This document shows, one piece after another, positions 28,691 through 37,566 of a stretch of 64,000 nt of DNA. Both the position numbers and the translations under genes were made by a program. The DNA comes from Candidatus Gorgyraea atricola. GTDB lineage: Bacteria > Omnitrophota > Gorgyraeia > Gorgyraeales > Gorgyraeaceae. The notes beneath the pieces were generated by a model. The model ran no database searches. It was not told the origin of the DNA and was given only the letters and a program-made list of their open reading frames with translations. Positions within the stretch are counted from its first letter, which is position 1. Every line of letters begins with the position of its first letter. The stretch is taken from contig JAVCCW010000025.1 in NCBI GenBank assembly GCA_030765235.1, positions 240-64,239 on the forward strand. The letters are read 5' to 3'.

Positions 28691-29488
28691 ATGACAATTC
28701 ATCCGACAGCAATTATAGATAAAAAGGCGAAATTGGCCGACGATGTAGAAGTCGGCCCTTATGCTATTGTAGGTCCTTCAGTGGAAATAGGGAGTAAGAC
28801 CACTATAGGAGGCCATGCGGTAGTTGATGGCAATACTACTATTGGCAAGGGCTGCTCTATTTTCACAGGCGCAGTAATAGGGAGCCCTCCTCAGGATCTT
28901 AAATATAAAGGCGCAAAGAGCTTTTTGAAGATAGGGGAGAATAATATTATCAGAGAATATGTAACTATGAATCCAAGCACAGATGAGGGAGGAGTTACAT
29001 CTATAGGAGACGGAAATCTTTTCATGGCCTATTCTCATGTGGCGCATGATTGCAAGATCGGCAGCGACTGTGTTATCGCGAATTCAGGAACACTCGCAGG
29101 ACACGTGACGCTGGAAGATAAAGTAGTGATAGGCGGACTCACTGCCATACATCAGTTTGTGCGCATAGGTAAGATGGCGATTATAGGCGGATGTTCAAAG
29201 GTAGTGCAGGATATTCCGCCTTTTTCTACTTGTGACGGGCATCCAGCAAGGGTGTATGCCTTGAACCTGGTGGGACTGAGGCGTTCAGGTGTGTCAAAGG
29301 ATGCTCAAGCCTCGCTCAAAAAGGCCTTTAAGATCTTATTTCATTCCGGGCTTACATTTAAAACCGGCGCAGAGAAAGTAAAGCAGGAAATACCGAGCTG
29401 TGGAGAAGTGCAGTATCTATTGGATTTTATAAAAGGATCAAAGAGGGGCATGTGCAGGGGTGAAGAGAATAGGTCTAATAGCAGGTAA
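28691..29488 (+). CDS. lpxA: Acyl-ACP--UDP-N-acetylglucosamine O-acyltransferase
   Basis: IHPTAII, PQDLKY, HVAHDC, HQFVRIG. Confidence 0.97.
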   Translation: MTIHPTAIIDKKAKLADDVEVGPYAIVGPSVEIGSKTTIGGHAVVDGNTTIGKGCSIFTGAVIGSPPQDLKYKGAKSFLKIGENNIIREYVTMNPSTDEGGVTSIGDGNLFMAYSHVAHDCKIGSDCVIANSGTLAGHVTLEDKVVIGGLTAIHQFVRIGKMAIIGGCSKVVQDIPPFSTCDGHPARVYALNLVGLRRSGVSKDAQASLKKAFKILFHSGLTFKTGAEKVKQEIPSCGEVQYLLDFIKGSKRGMCRGEENRSNSR

Positions 29489-30260
29489 TGGTGGTTTTCC
29501 AATACTTTTTGCGCAAGAGGCAAAGAAAAAAGGCGTAGAGGTAATTGCGATAGGCATAAATGAAGAGACAGCAAAAGAATTAGAAGGTCATGTCAGCAAG
29601 ATATACTGGTTAGGCGTAGGAGAATTAGAAAAATTATTTCAGGTGTTGCTTACAGAGAAATTAAAAGAAGTTGTGATGGCAGGCCAGGTAAAGCATAAAA
29701 GGCTTTTTGAGAACATAAAGCTGGATACTGGCATGCAGAAGCTCCTGGCTGGCACAAAAGATAAAAAGACAGATTCGCTTATAGGGTCGATCGCAAAGAA
29801 ATTAGAGCAGGCCGGGGTAAAGGTCTTGGACTCTACGACTTTTTTATCAGATTACCTTCCAAAAAAAGGTGTTCTAACAAAGAATAATCTCGATAAAAGG
29901 ATTTTAGATGACATTGAATTTGGCAGGGGCATTGCCAAGTCCATTGCTGGCCTGGATATAGGCCAGACAGTAGTTGTGAAGGATAAGGTAGTCCTTGCAG
30001 TTGAGTCTATTGAGGGCACAGACGAGACAATAAAAAGGGCTGCGAAATATGGCAAGGACGGCATAGTGGTTATAAAGGTATCCAAACCAAATCAGGACAT
30101 GAGATTCGACGTACCTATAATAGGGCCTGATACGATAAGCCTGTTAAAAGATGTAAAGGCAGCTTGCATATCAATAGAGGCGCAGAAGACACTCATCATA
30201 GATAAGGCTGAGACCATTAAACTTGCGGATCAATCAGACATAGGGATTGTGGCATCATGA
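29460..30260 (+). CDS. lpxI: UDP-2,3-diacylglucosamine diphosphatase LpxI
   Basis: GLIAGNG, DIGQTVVV, AVESIEGTD, QDMRFDVP. Confidence 0.93.
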   Translation: MKRIGLIAGNGGFPILFAQEAKKKGVEVIAIGINEETAKELEGHVSKIYWLGVGELEKLFQVLLTEKLKEVVMAGQVKHKRLFENIKLDTGMQKLLAGTKDKKTDSLIGSIAKKLEQAGVKVLDSTTFLSDYLPKKGVLTKNNLDKRILDDIEFGRGIAKSIAGLDIGQTVVVKDKVVLAVESIEGTDETIKRAAKYGKDGIVVIKVSKPNQDMRFDVPIIGPDTISLLKDVKAACISIEAQKTLIIDKAETIKLADQSDIGIVAS

Positions 30261-30964
30261 GCTCTAAAAAATCTACAAAGAAATCAGACACAATAGGCGC
30301 GCTTTCAAAGATTAGCAAGGCCATATCCAGTGATTTATATTTAGAAGATATCTTAAAGCTTATCGTGACTGTAACAGCTGAGGTCATGAATTCCAGGATC
30401 TGTTCATTGATGCTTTTGGATGAGAAGGGACAAAATCTTGTCATAAGGGCCACGCAGACTATCAGCGAAGAATATATAAAAAAGCAGCCCCTGAAAAAAG
30501 GACAAGGCATTGCCTGGAAGGTGGTGCAGGAAAATAAACCAGTCACTGTACCTGATGTATTAAAGGAATCAGGTTATAAACATAAAGACATAGCAGAGAA
30601 AGAAGGCCTTGTATCACTATTGTGTGTACCAATGGCAGTTAAAAAAAGGGTTATAGGTGTCTTAAACTGTTACACCTCAAAGCCTCACAAGTTCTCAAAG
30701 ATAGAAGTTAATATACTCACCAGCGTGGCAAATCAGGCAGCTGTTGCTATAGAGAATACGGAACTCATGGTAAGGACAAAAGTTATACAGGAAGAATTAG
30801 AGACACGCAAGGTCGTTGAAAAGGCAAAGGGCATACTGATGAGGAGCGAGGGCCTGACAGAAGAAGACGCATTCAGGACGATCCAGAAATACAGCATGGA
30901 CCGCCGCAAGCCCATGAAAGAAGTCGCAGAAGCCATCATCATGATGCACGACTTAAGGAAATGA
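30257..30964 (+). CDS. GAF-ANTAR RNA-binding antitermination regulator
   Basis: GAF domain (SLLCVPM...VIGVLN), then ETRKVVEKAKGILM...EEDAFRTIQKYSMDRRKPMKEVAEAI. Confidence 0.92.
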   Translation: MSSKKSTKKSDTIGALSKISKAISSDLYLEDILKLIVTVTAEVMNSRICSLMLLDEKGQNLVIRATQTISEEYIKKQPLKKGQGIAWKVVQENKPVTVPDVLKESGYKHKDIAEKEGLVSLLCVPMAVKKRVIGVLNCYTSKPHKFSKIEVNILTSVANQAAVAIENTELMVRTKVIQEELETRKVVEKAKGILMRSEGLTEEDAFRTIQKYSMDRRKPMKEVAEAIIMMHDLRK

Positions 30965-31347
30965 CAAAATACGAAGGCTTACAGACAAAGGTTCGCAAGT
31001 TAAGAACACCTAAAATAGAGGTGTGGCGCAATCAGTATGCGGACAAGGATTATGTTGTGATGCTCGAGAATCCGGAATTTACATGTGTTTGCCCTAAGAC
31101 AGGTTTGCCTGATTTTGCAAATATCACGATTCAGTATAAGCCTGATAAATGGTGCGTGGAACTCAAGTCCTTTAAGCTATACATGATTTCTTACAGGGAT
31201 GTCGGCATATTCCACGAGCATGTAGTAAATAGGGTCATGGATGATCTTGTTGCATCATGCAAGCCAAGATGGCTGTATATTAAAGGTGAGTTCAATGTGC
31301 GCGGAGGAATCAAGACCACAGTTACATCAGAATATAAAAGGAGTTAA
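30961..31347 (+). CDS. queF: NADPH-dependent preQ0 reductase
   Basis: PEFTCVCPKTGLPDF, ELKSFKLY, FHE, RGGI. Confidence 0.95.
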   Translation: MTKYEGLQTKVRKLRTPKIEVWRNQYADKDYVVMLENPEFTCVCPKTGLPDFANITIQYKPDKWCVELKSFKLYMISYRDVGIFHEHVVNRVMDDLVASCKPRWLYIKGEFNVRGGIKTTVTSEYKRS

Positions 31348-31349
31348 TC

Positions 31350-32681
31350 ATGACAATAAAAACCAAAAAAGACGTCTTAGCTGCAGTAAAAAAACACAAT
31401 ATTAAATTTATTAAACTCTGGTTCACTGATGTCCTGGGTTTCCAGAAGGGCATTGCTATAACTAAGAGAGAGCTTGCCAAGGCCATGGAAGATGGTATGG
31501 GATTTGACGGCTCATCCATCGAAGGATTTGCCCGTATAGAAGAAAGCGACATGGTGGCAATGCCTGACGCTTCTACATTCCAGCTGATCCCGTGGCGCAC
31601 AGAAAAAGATGGTCTTTCTGCGCGGATGTTCTGTGACATTGTAAAGCCAAATGGCAAACCTTTTGAAGGAGATCCGCGATATATCTTGAAGAAAAATCTA
31701 AAAAAGGCCAAGGATATGGGTTTTACCTATTATATAGGGCCAGAGCTGGAATATTTTTATTTTGAAAATCCTAAAAACACGATTATTCTTGATAGGGGCG
31801 GATATTTTGACCTGACGCCTCTTGATGTGGCGCAGGATCTGAGGCGTGAAACAGTAGTCATGCTCGAGAAGATGGGTGTAAAGGTAGAATACTCTCATCA
31901 CGAGGTTGCTACGTCCCAGCACGAGATAGACCTGAGGTATTGTGACGCGCTTACCATGGCAGACAATGTCATGACCTATCGCATGGTAGTAAAAGAAGTG
32001 GCGCGTCAGCACGGTAAATACGCTACTTTTATGCCAAAACCGATTTACGGCATAAACGGAAGCGGCATGCACGTGCATCAATCTCTTTTTAAGGGCTCAA
32101 AGAACGCGTTTTTCAGTAAAACCGATAAATCGCATCTTTCAGACACAGCAAAATATTTTATAGCCGGAATATTAAAACACGTTCCTGAGATGACAGCAGT
32201 GACGAATCAATGGGTGAACTCTTACAAAAGGCTTATACCTGGCTATGAGGCGCCTGTGTACATATGCTGGGCACAGATGAATCGCTCTGCGCTTGTGAGG
32301 GTGCCGATGTACAAGCCTGGTAAAGAAAAAGCAACCAGGGTAGAATTCCGTTCTCCTGACCCGGCAGCAAATCCATACCTTGCCCTTTCTGTTATGCTGG
32401 CAGCTGGTTTAGAAGGCATGAAAAAGAAGTACAAGCTTCCCAAGGCAGCAGAGGATAATATCTATCGGATGACAGAAAAAGAAAGAGAAAGATCTGGGAT
32501 AGAGTCTTTGCCAGAAGACCTTTACGAGGCAATTAAGCTTACAGAAAAAAGTAAGCTCGTAAAAGAAGCCCTTGGCGAAAAATTATTCGAATACTTTATC
32601 CGCAATAAATATATGGAGTGGGACGAATACAAGGCCCAGGTGTCAAAGTACGAGATTGACAAGTACCTGCCAATACTCTAA
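31350..32681 (+). CDS. glnA: Glutamine synthetase type I
   Basis: FDGSSIEGF, HHEVATSQHEI, FMPKP..GINGSGMH, EFRSPDP. Confidence 0.96.
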   Translation: MTIKTKKDVLAAVKKHNIKFIKLWFTDVLGFQKGIAITKRELAKAMEDGMGFDGSSIEGFARIEESDMVAMPDASTFQLIPWRTEKDGLSARMFCDIVKPNGKPFEGDPRYILKKNLKKAKDMGFTYYIGPELEYFYFENPKNTIILDRGGYFDLTPLDVAQDLRRETVVMLEKMGVKVEYSHHEVATSQHEIDLRYCDALTMADNVMTYRMVVKEVARQHGKYATFMPKPIYGINGSGMHVHQSLFKGSKNAFFSKTDKSHLSDTAKYFIAGILKHVPEMTAVTNQWVNSYKRLIPGYEAPVYICWAQMNRSALVRVPMYKPGKEKATRVEFRSPDPAANPYLALSVMLAAGLEGMKKKYKLPKAAEDNIYRMTEKERERSGIESLPEDLYEAIKLTEKSKLVKEALGEKLFEYFIRNKYMEWDEYKAQVSKYEIDKYLPIL

Positions 32682-32690
32682 CAATACATT

Positions 32691-33371
32691 ATGCGTAAAA
32701 TAAGCATTGTAGTTATTCTGATAGTCTATTGCTGCGGGCTGGCCCATGCTGCGCCGCCTTTTGCCAAGGGTGAGAAGTTGACGTATAATGTGAAGTATAA
32801 GGCCTTGAAAGTAGGCACCTCTGTCCTTACTTTTCATGGTGAAAAAGATCTAGGCAATAAAAAGGCCTATCATATTACATTTTCTACAAAGATCCCCTCA
32901 CTTAAGGACACCGAAGAGCTATACGCGGACAAGGAAACTTTCCTTCCGATAGAGGTGCACAGGACGATCAAGAAGAGGTTAGGATTTGGCGACAGGATAA
33001 AAGAGGTGTATGACCAGGAGAATTTCAGGGTGGATATTTCTTCAAAGAGCAAGCTGCGCAAAAAGAATTTTTCAATACAAAAGGATTCACCTATCCATAA
33101 TGCGATACTCCTGGCGTATTACTATAGGACGCAGGATTCCTTTAATAAAGGCGATAAATTTAAGATTGCGCTACCCACGTTTGATTTTGAGGTCTCATTT
33201 ACCGGCATAGAAGAGATAAAGACCCCTCTTGGAAAATTCCAGGCATATGCCTTTACAAGCGAACCACCCAGGTTCAGACTCTGGTTAAGCGCAGACGAAA
33301 AACGCATCCCCCTAAAAATCCACAACCCCTCTACCCTAGGCTATTCCCTAATAATAAAATCCATAGACTAA
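32691..33371 (+). CDS. DUF3108-like exported protein
   Basis: Signal peptide, PFAKGEKLTY, LWLSADEKRIPLKI. Confidence 0.75.
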   Translation: MRKISIVVILIVYCCGLAHAAPPFAKGEKLTYNVKYKALKVGTSVLTFHGEKDLGNKKAYHITFSTKIPSLKDTEELYADKETFLPIEVHRTIKKRLGFGDRIKEVYDQENFRVDISSKSKLRKKNFSIQKDSPIHNAILLAYYYRTQDSFNKGDKFKIALPTFDFEVSFTGIEEIKTPLGKFQAYAFTSEPPRFRLWLSADEKRIPLKIHNPSTLGYSLIIKSID

Positions 33372-33398
33372 CCCCCATTATCATTCCCGCCCCTTCAT

Positions 33399-33461
33399 GT
33401 CATTCCCGCGAAAGCGGGAATCCAAATCGCTCTATCATTGCGAACGCAGTGAAGCAATCTC
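33399..33461. repeat. Cluster of palindromes GTCATTCCCGCGAAAGCGGGAATCCA and TCATTGCG...GAAGCAATCTC
   Basis: Two adjacent stem-loops of REP/RPE-like families. Confidence 0.7.
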
Positions 33462-33680
33462 ACTCCTGCCCCGCCAGGCTGGCAGGCCTTCAAAAAGACG
33501 CTCGGCCGCCCCAGCGAGGCGGCCTTCGCTCATTGTAATTTTTTGCTCGTCCCGCCCTTTTGACTTTGTCAAAAGGGCGGGACACCATGCCCGCAAAAAA
33601 TTACGATGCTTTTTTCAGACCTACCAGCCCGCCGGGGCAGGAGCGAGATCCAGTTGAGATTAGTTGGGCAGGGGAGTATA

Positions 33681-33737
33681 ATGATAAAAGACAACCTTGG
33701 ACATTCCGACATAAGGACAACGCAGATATATTTACAG
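33681..33737 (+). pseudogene. C-terminal remnant of a tyrosine recombinase
   Basis: MIKDNLGHSDIRTTQIYL matches the LGH.....T..Y box II motif. The rest of the catalytic domain is missing. Confidence 0.7.
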
Positions 33738-33818
33738 GCTGTTCCAAGGATAAAGAGTAAAGAGATAAAGAAGATTTTTGATAGGTGGAAGCAAAGGAAG
33801 GATAGGCGAAAAGTAGTT

Positions 33819-34364
33819 ATGATAGAAGTACCCGAGTATCTAAAAAAATTATTAGAAATAGAAGAAAAGGTAAAGTTGAAAAGATACTGCAATGATATAA
33901 TCGTAACACAGGAAGATTTTGTAAAATTAATAACCAATTGTTATAAAATTGGTTATCTTCACCAAATCAAACATCACGACTTTGTGTCTTCTCATCTTCA
34001 TCCTTCAGAAAAAGAGAAAGACGCATTAGCTTCAGTTACAGTTGGAGAAAGAATTACAGGAGATGCTAAAAAGTTTATGAATAAAATTTCTCAAATCTTC
34101 AAAGAACGCAGATATCTTGTTGCCCATATATTTTTTAACGAAAAGAAATGGCATATGTTCTACTTTGACCAAAGAGACGCAGAAAGTCAAAGGAAAAACC
34201 ATTGGAAAAAAGGGGCTCACATTCATTTCGTGAATTATTTATGGCCGCAGTATGATTTGAATAAATTATGGGAAATATTTGATATGGCTAATGCATCTGC
34301 CGGGGGTAAATTACATATCAAGTTTGAAGGGCAAGATTATGATAGAATTAATTCAACTATTTAA
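33819..34364 (+). CDS. Hypothetical protein (AT-rich, likely horizontally acquired)
   Basis: Second half of ORF 33606-34364 from MIEVPEYL, containing WHMFYFDQRD...NHWKKGAHIHFVNYLW. Confidence 0.65.
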   Translation: MIEVPEYLKKLLEIEEKVKLKRYCNDIIVTQEDFVKLITNCYKIGYLHQIKHHDFVSSHLHPSEKEKDALASVTVGERITGDAKKFMNKISQIFKERRYLVAHIFFNEKKWHMFYFDQRDAESQRKNHWKKGAHIHFVNYLWPQYDLNKLWEIFDMANASAGGKLHIKFEGQDYDRINSTI

Positions 34365-34443
34365 GAGGTTTGATGTATATAACCCTTGTATAACCCTTGT
34401 ACCGTTTGCGAATTCTCCTACCAATGTGTCCCCAAGTTTATAA

Positions 34444-34767
34444 CAGCTAAAAAGAAGGTCTGCGGAGCCCCATTCCAAATTCTAATCGATAAGCTATTTA
34501 TTATTTGTAACTAATTGCGGACAATTCTAATGGATTGTTTGGTGATATTCAAGAATTTGGAACGGGGCAGGCGAATTGAAAATTTAGCCTGCGATGGATA
34601 AGTGGGGCGTGGGGTGTTCTGTGAGTGGGAGGATCCACACCGGGCGGAGGGGCCCGCGAACAGAATACCCCGCGCCCCACGATACGTGATAAAAGGTTAC
34701 CCTTGAGCGAAGCCCCATACCAAAATCTTCGATTTGATACGGGGCAGGCAGACCTTCTTTTTAGCTG
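34444..34767. mobile_element. MITE-like non-coding element with 20-bp perfect terminal inverted repeats
   Basis: CAGCTAAAAAGAAGGTCTGC (34444-34463) and GCAGACCTTCTTTTTAGCTG (34748-34767), with nested palindromes inside. Confidence 0.55.
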
Positions 34768-34842
34768 CTCCTGTAGCGTGAATTTCAGTTGCGATTTGTC
34801 TGGGTTATGGTAGCATAATGACAAGAGAGAAGGAGGAGTGAA

Positions 34843-35241
34843 ATGGTAAAAAGATTAGGGGTGTTTGTTTTTATAGTTTTAGTAGCTAGTATGTTAAGCA
34901 TGTTATGTTATGCTGAAGATCCTGGTATCTATGTGGCGGAACATTATAGGTACTTGACGGAGATCATCGAATGGAATATGGGTGATCCCAACAAGTGTGT
35001 TGAAAAGGCTAAGCGCTTCTTTGAAAGTATTGACAAAGAAGAATATGCGCGTAATTGGGAAGCGTCAATGAACAAGTTTCTTGGTGAAGAGCCATCTGAA
35101 GAATCCATGGAAAGCGAACCAGATAAATCTATGATGGAATATAATAATGCAATAGCACGTTTTATGCAGAAATATCCAGATCATGGCAGAAAGATACTGG
35201 AATTATCAATAGACATTATGGGCGAATCAAAAGCGAACTGA
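34843..35241 (+). CDS. Hypothetical exported protein
   Basis: Strong SD AAGGAGGAG, signal peptide ending CYA. Confidence 0.75.
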   Translation: MVKRLGVFVFIVLVASMLSMLCYAEDPGIYVAEHYRYLTEIIEWNMGDPNKCVEKAKRFFESIDKEEYARNWEASMNKFLGEEPSEESMESEPDKSMMEYNNAIARFMQKYPDHGRKILELSIDIMGESKAN

Positions 35242-35262
35242 CTGCTTTAGTTGGAGCAAGAG

Positions 35263-36951
35263 ATGTTAGAATATATTAGTCATATTTTAGACAAGATTTC
35301 TTTTTATCACATTAATGTGCTGTTTCTTTTGGGCCTGGCGCTATTTGGGGGTACCATAGGCGGCCGTATTTTCCAGAAGATGCGAATTCCCCAGGTCGTA
35401 GGATACATAATAATCGGTATTTTAATAGGCCAGTCAGGATTAAAGATCGTTGGAGCGGATATCATAGAAGCACTGAGGCCATTTAATTATTTCGCGCTGG
35501 GGCTTATAGGTTTTATGGTAGGAGGCGAATTAAAGAAAGAGATATTTTCTAAATATGGAAAGCAGTTCAGCTATATCCTTCTCAGCGAAGGCATTGCGCC
35601 GTTTTTATTGGTAAGCATCGCTACAGGTATTATGGGGAGTTTTTTATTTGGGCCTTCGCCTTTTGTATGGGGGCTTGCGCTTCTTTTGGGAGCTATCTCA
35701 TCCGCGACAGATCCAGCCACAACCACATCTGTACTTAAGGAATATAAAACACGAGGCCCTCTGACCACCACTATCTTAGGAATCGTTGCCCTGGACGATG
35801 GCCTGGCCCTATTATTGTTCGCGATCGCATCCAGCATAGCAGGTACTTTAATAGGCCATGGCGATGCAAGTACATGGATTTCAATCATCCACCCGTTTTA
35901 TGAAATAGGCGGCGCTATTATTATAGGTATCTTATCAGGATTGGTTTTAGTAAAGATGCTCAGGAGATATTCAGAGAAAGAAAGGGTGCTTGCCTTTTGT
36001 ATCTCTACAGTGCTTTTGGTAACTGGATTGTCAGTAGCGGCAAATGTAAGCATGCTTTTAGCTGTTATGACATTAGGCGTCATGGTTGTGAATCTCGCGC
36101 CTCGTAAGAGCAAAGAGGCCTTTAGCCTGGTAGAGAGTTTTACGCCGCCGATCTATGTCTTATTCTTTGTGCTTGTAGGCGCAAAACTGACGCTTGGCCA
36201 TCTTACACCGTCTATTTTTCTCCTGGTCTTTGTATATCTTTTCTGCGGGATGTTCGGCAAGATGATAGGCGCTAGTATTGGCGCGCGTCTATCAAAGGCG
36301 CCAAAGACAGTTATAAAGTACCTTCCTTTTTCTCTTTTTAGCCAGGCAGGGGTTGCCATCGGGTTATCCATACTGGCTGCGCAGCATTTTCCAGGCCATA
36401 TTGGCAATACCCTCGTAATTATCATAACGACCACTACTTTTGTGACACAGATCATAGGCCCTCCTTTTACTAAATTCGCAGCCATAAAATCAGGAGAGGC
36501 AGGGTTGAATATTACAGAAGAGGATATAATAAAGAGCTCAAAGGCAGAGGATTTTATGGATAAAAACCCGCCCATTATATATGAGAATATGCACCTGCAG
36601 GATATACTGCAGATCTTTAGCGAAAATGACAGTCTGTACTATCCCATGGTGGACAAAGAGAAAAGACTCCAGGGCATAATAACTGTTGAGGGCATAAAAC
36701 AAACATTTTTGGAAACAGCTATGAGCGGCCTCATTCTAGCGCTGGATTTAATGGAGCCAGTAGTCGCGAAGACAACATGTGATACCCCCATGTCTGATAT
36801 AATAGACCTCTTAAATAGATACAACCTCGAATATCTCCCTGTGGTGGATAAAGCAAACAAGATACAAGGCTTTATAGAACGCAAAAAGCTAAATAAATTC
36901 ATATCTACTAAGATCATAGAACTGCAAAAACAAACTGATTCTCTTGGATAG
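35263..36951 (+). CDS. Cation:proton antiporter with C-terminal CBS pair
   Basis: Many TM helices, ATDPA, VALDD, SQAGVAIGL, two CBS domains. Start is either TTG 35251 or ATG 35263. Confidence 0.9.
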   Translation: MLEYISHILDKISFYHINVLFLLGLALFGGTIGGRIFQKMRIPQVVGYIIIGILIGQSGLKIVGADIIEALRPFNYFALGLIGFMVGGELKKEIFSKYGKQFSYILLSEGIAPFLLVSIATGIMGSFLFGPSPFVWGLALLLGAISSATDPATTTSVLKEYKTRGPLTTTILGIVALDDGLALLLFAIASSIAGTLIGHGDASTWISIIHPFYEIGGAIIIGILSGLVLVKMLRRYSEKERVLAFCISTVLLVTGLSVAANVSMLLAVMTLGVMVVNLAPRKSKEAFSLVESFTPPIYVLFFVLVGAKLTLGHLTPSIFLLVFVYLFCGMFGKMIGASIGARLSKAPKTVIKYLPFSLFSQAGVAIGLSILAAQHFPGHIGNTLVIIITTTTFVTQIIGPPFTKFAAIKSGEAGLNITEEDIIKSSKAEDFMDKNPPIIYENMHLQDILQIFSENDSLYYPMVDKEKRLQGIITVEGIKQTFLETAMSGLILALDLMEPVVAKTTCDTPMSDIIDLLNRYNLEYLPVVDKANKIQGFIERKKLNKFISTKIIELQKQTDSLG

Positions 36952-36965
36952 ATAGAAAGAACGAG

Positions 36966-37325
36966 ATGAAAAGGTTTTTGTTGTATTTAATAAGATGGCA
37001 GCTTAGCACGCCTATACTTTGGCTGGTTGTAAGGCAGCTGGGCGCGGGCCTGTGGCAGACTATGGTGGCCAATCTGATTGGTGCTAGTATATTTTTCTGG
37101 GTTGATAAGTTTATATTTACCTCCAAAGCAGTAGAGATGTGGCATTTTAAGGAATTAGGCACCTGCGATGCCTGCGGCAAAGAGACTTCTCTATGGAGAC
37201 TGGTATTAGCGCCCAAGTACGATAAAAGAGACTCTGAACCCAGATTCTTCTGCCTCGAATGTTCCAAAAAAAGAACAGACGAACTCAGGCAAAGGGGCAT
37301 AAATATTAGGGGCAGAAGTAGATAA
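36966..37325 (+). CDS. Small membrane protein (GtrA-like N-terminus) with C-terminal CxxC...CxxC
   Basis: YLIRWQLSTPIL, ANLIGASIFFWVDKFIF, CDACG...CLECS. Confidence 0.7.
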   Translation: MKRFLLYLIRWQLSTPILWLVVRQLGAGLWQTMVANLIGASIFFWVDKFIFTSKAVEMWHFKELGTCDACGKETSLWRLVLAPKYDKRDSEPRFFCLECSKKRTDELRQRGINIRGRSR

Positions 37326-37349
37326 GGCTGCCAAATCCTCCCTTATTCT

Positions 37350-37394
37350 CCTAACTTTACACTTTTCTGACATACAGAAAAGTGTAAAGTTAGG
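37350..37394. terminator. Perfect 20-bp-stem hairpin of the AACTTTACA family
   Basis: CCTAACTTTACACTTTTCTG-ACATA-CAGAAAAGTGTAAAGTTAGG. Confidence 0.6.
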
Positions 37395-37426
37395 TCTAGA
37401 TTCAAAAGAAAAAGGAAATTTTTTCC

Positions 37427-37455
37427 TTGACTAAATACTCTATTTCGTAGATAAT
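37427..37455 (+). promoter_or_regulatory. Sigma70-type promoter of gdhA
   Basis: TTGACT-17bp-GATAAT. Confidence 0.6.
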
Positions 37456-37467
37456 ATATTATACAAT

Positions 37468-37553
37468 TTGATACAAAGGTGTATCAAGCATGGATAGAAT
37501 TAGGTCAGGACAAAGGTGTTCTAGGTAAAGAATAGGAACACCTTTTTTATTTT
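37468..37553 (+). promoter_or_regulatory. ANTAR-target dual hairpin overlapping an intrinsic terminator
   Basis: P1 TTGATAC-AAAGGT-GTATCAA, P2 AGGAC-AAAGGT-GTTCT, terminator AAAGGTGTTC...GAACACCTTT-TTTATTTT. Confidence 0.85.
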
Positions 37554-37566
37554 AAGGAGGATTATT

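Noticed and set aside
30900-31350. preQ1 riboswitch for queF or ANTAR site for glnA
   Set aside because: The genes overlap or abut, leaving no leader, and no motif was seen.
33397-33760. ORFs 33397-33657 and 33560-33760
   Set aside because: They are translations of palindromic repeats (MSFPRKRES, HCERSEAIS) with no coding signal.
33606-34364. Intact integrase
   Set aside because: Only the last catalytic box is present. The R and HxxR motifs are missing.
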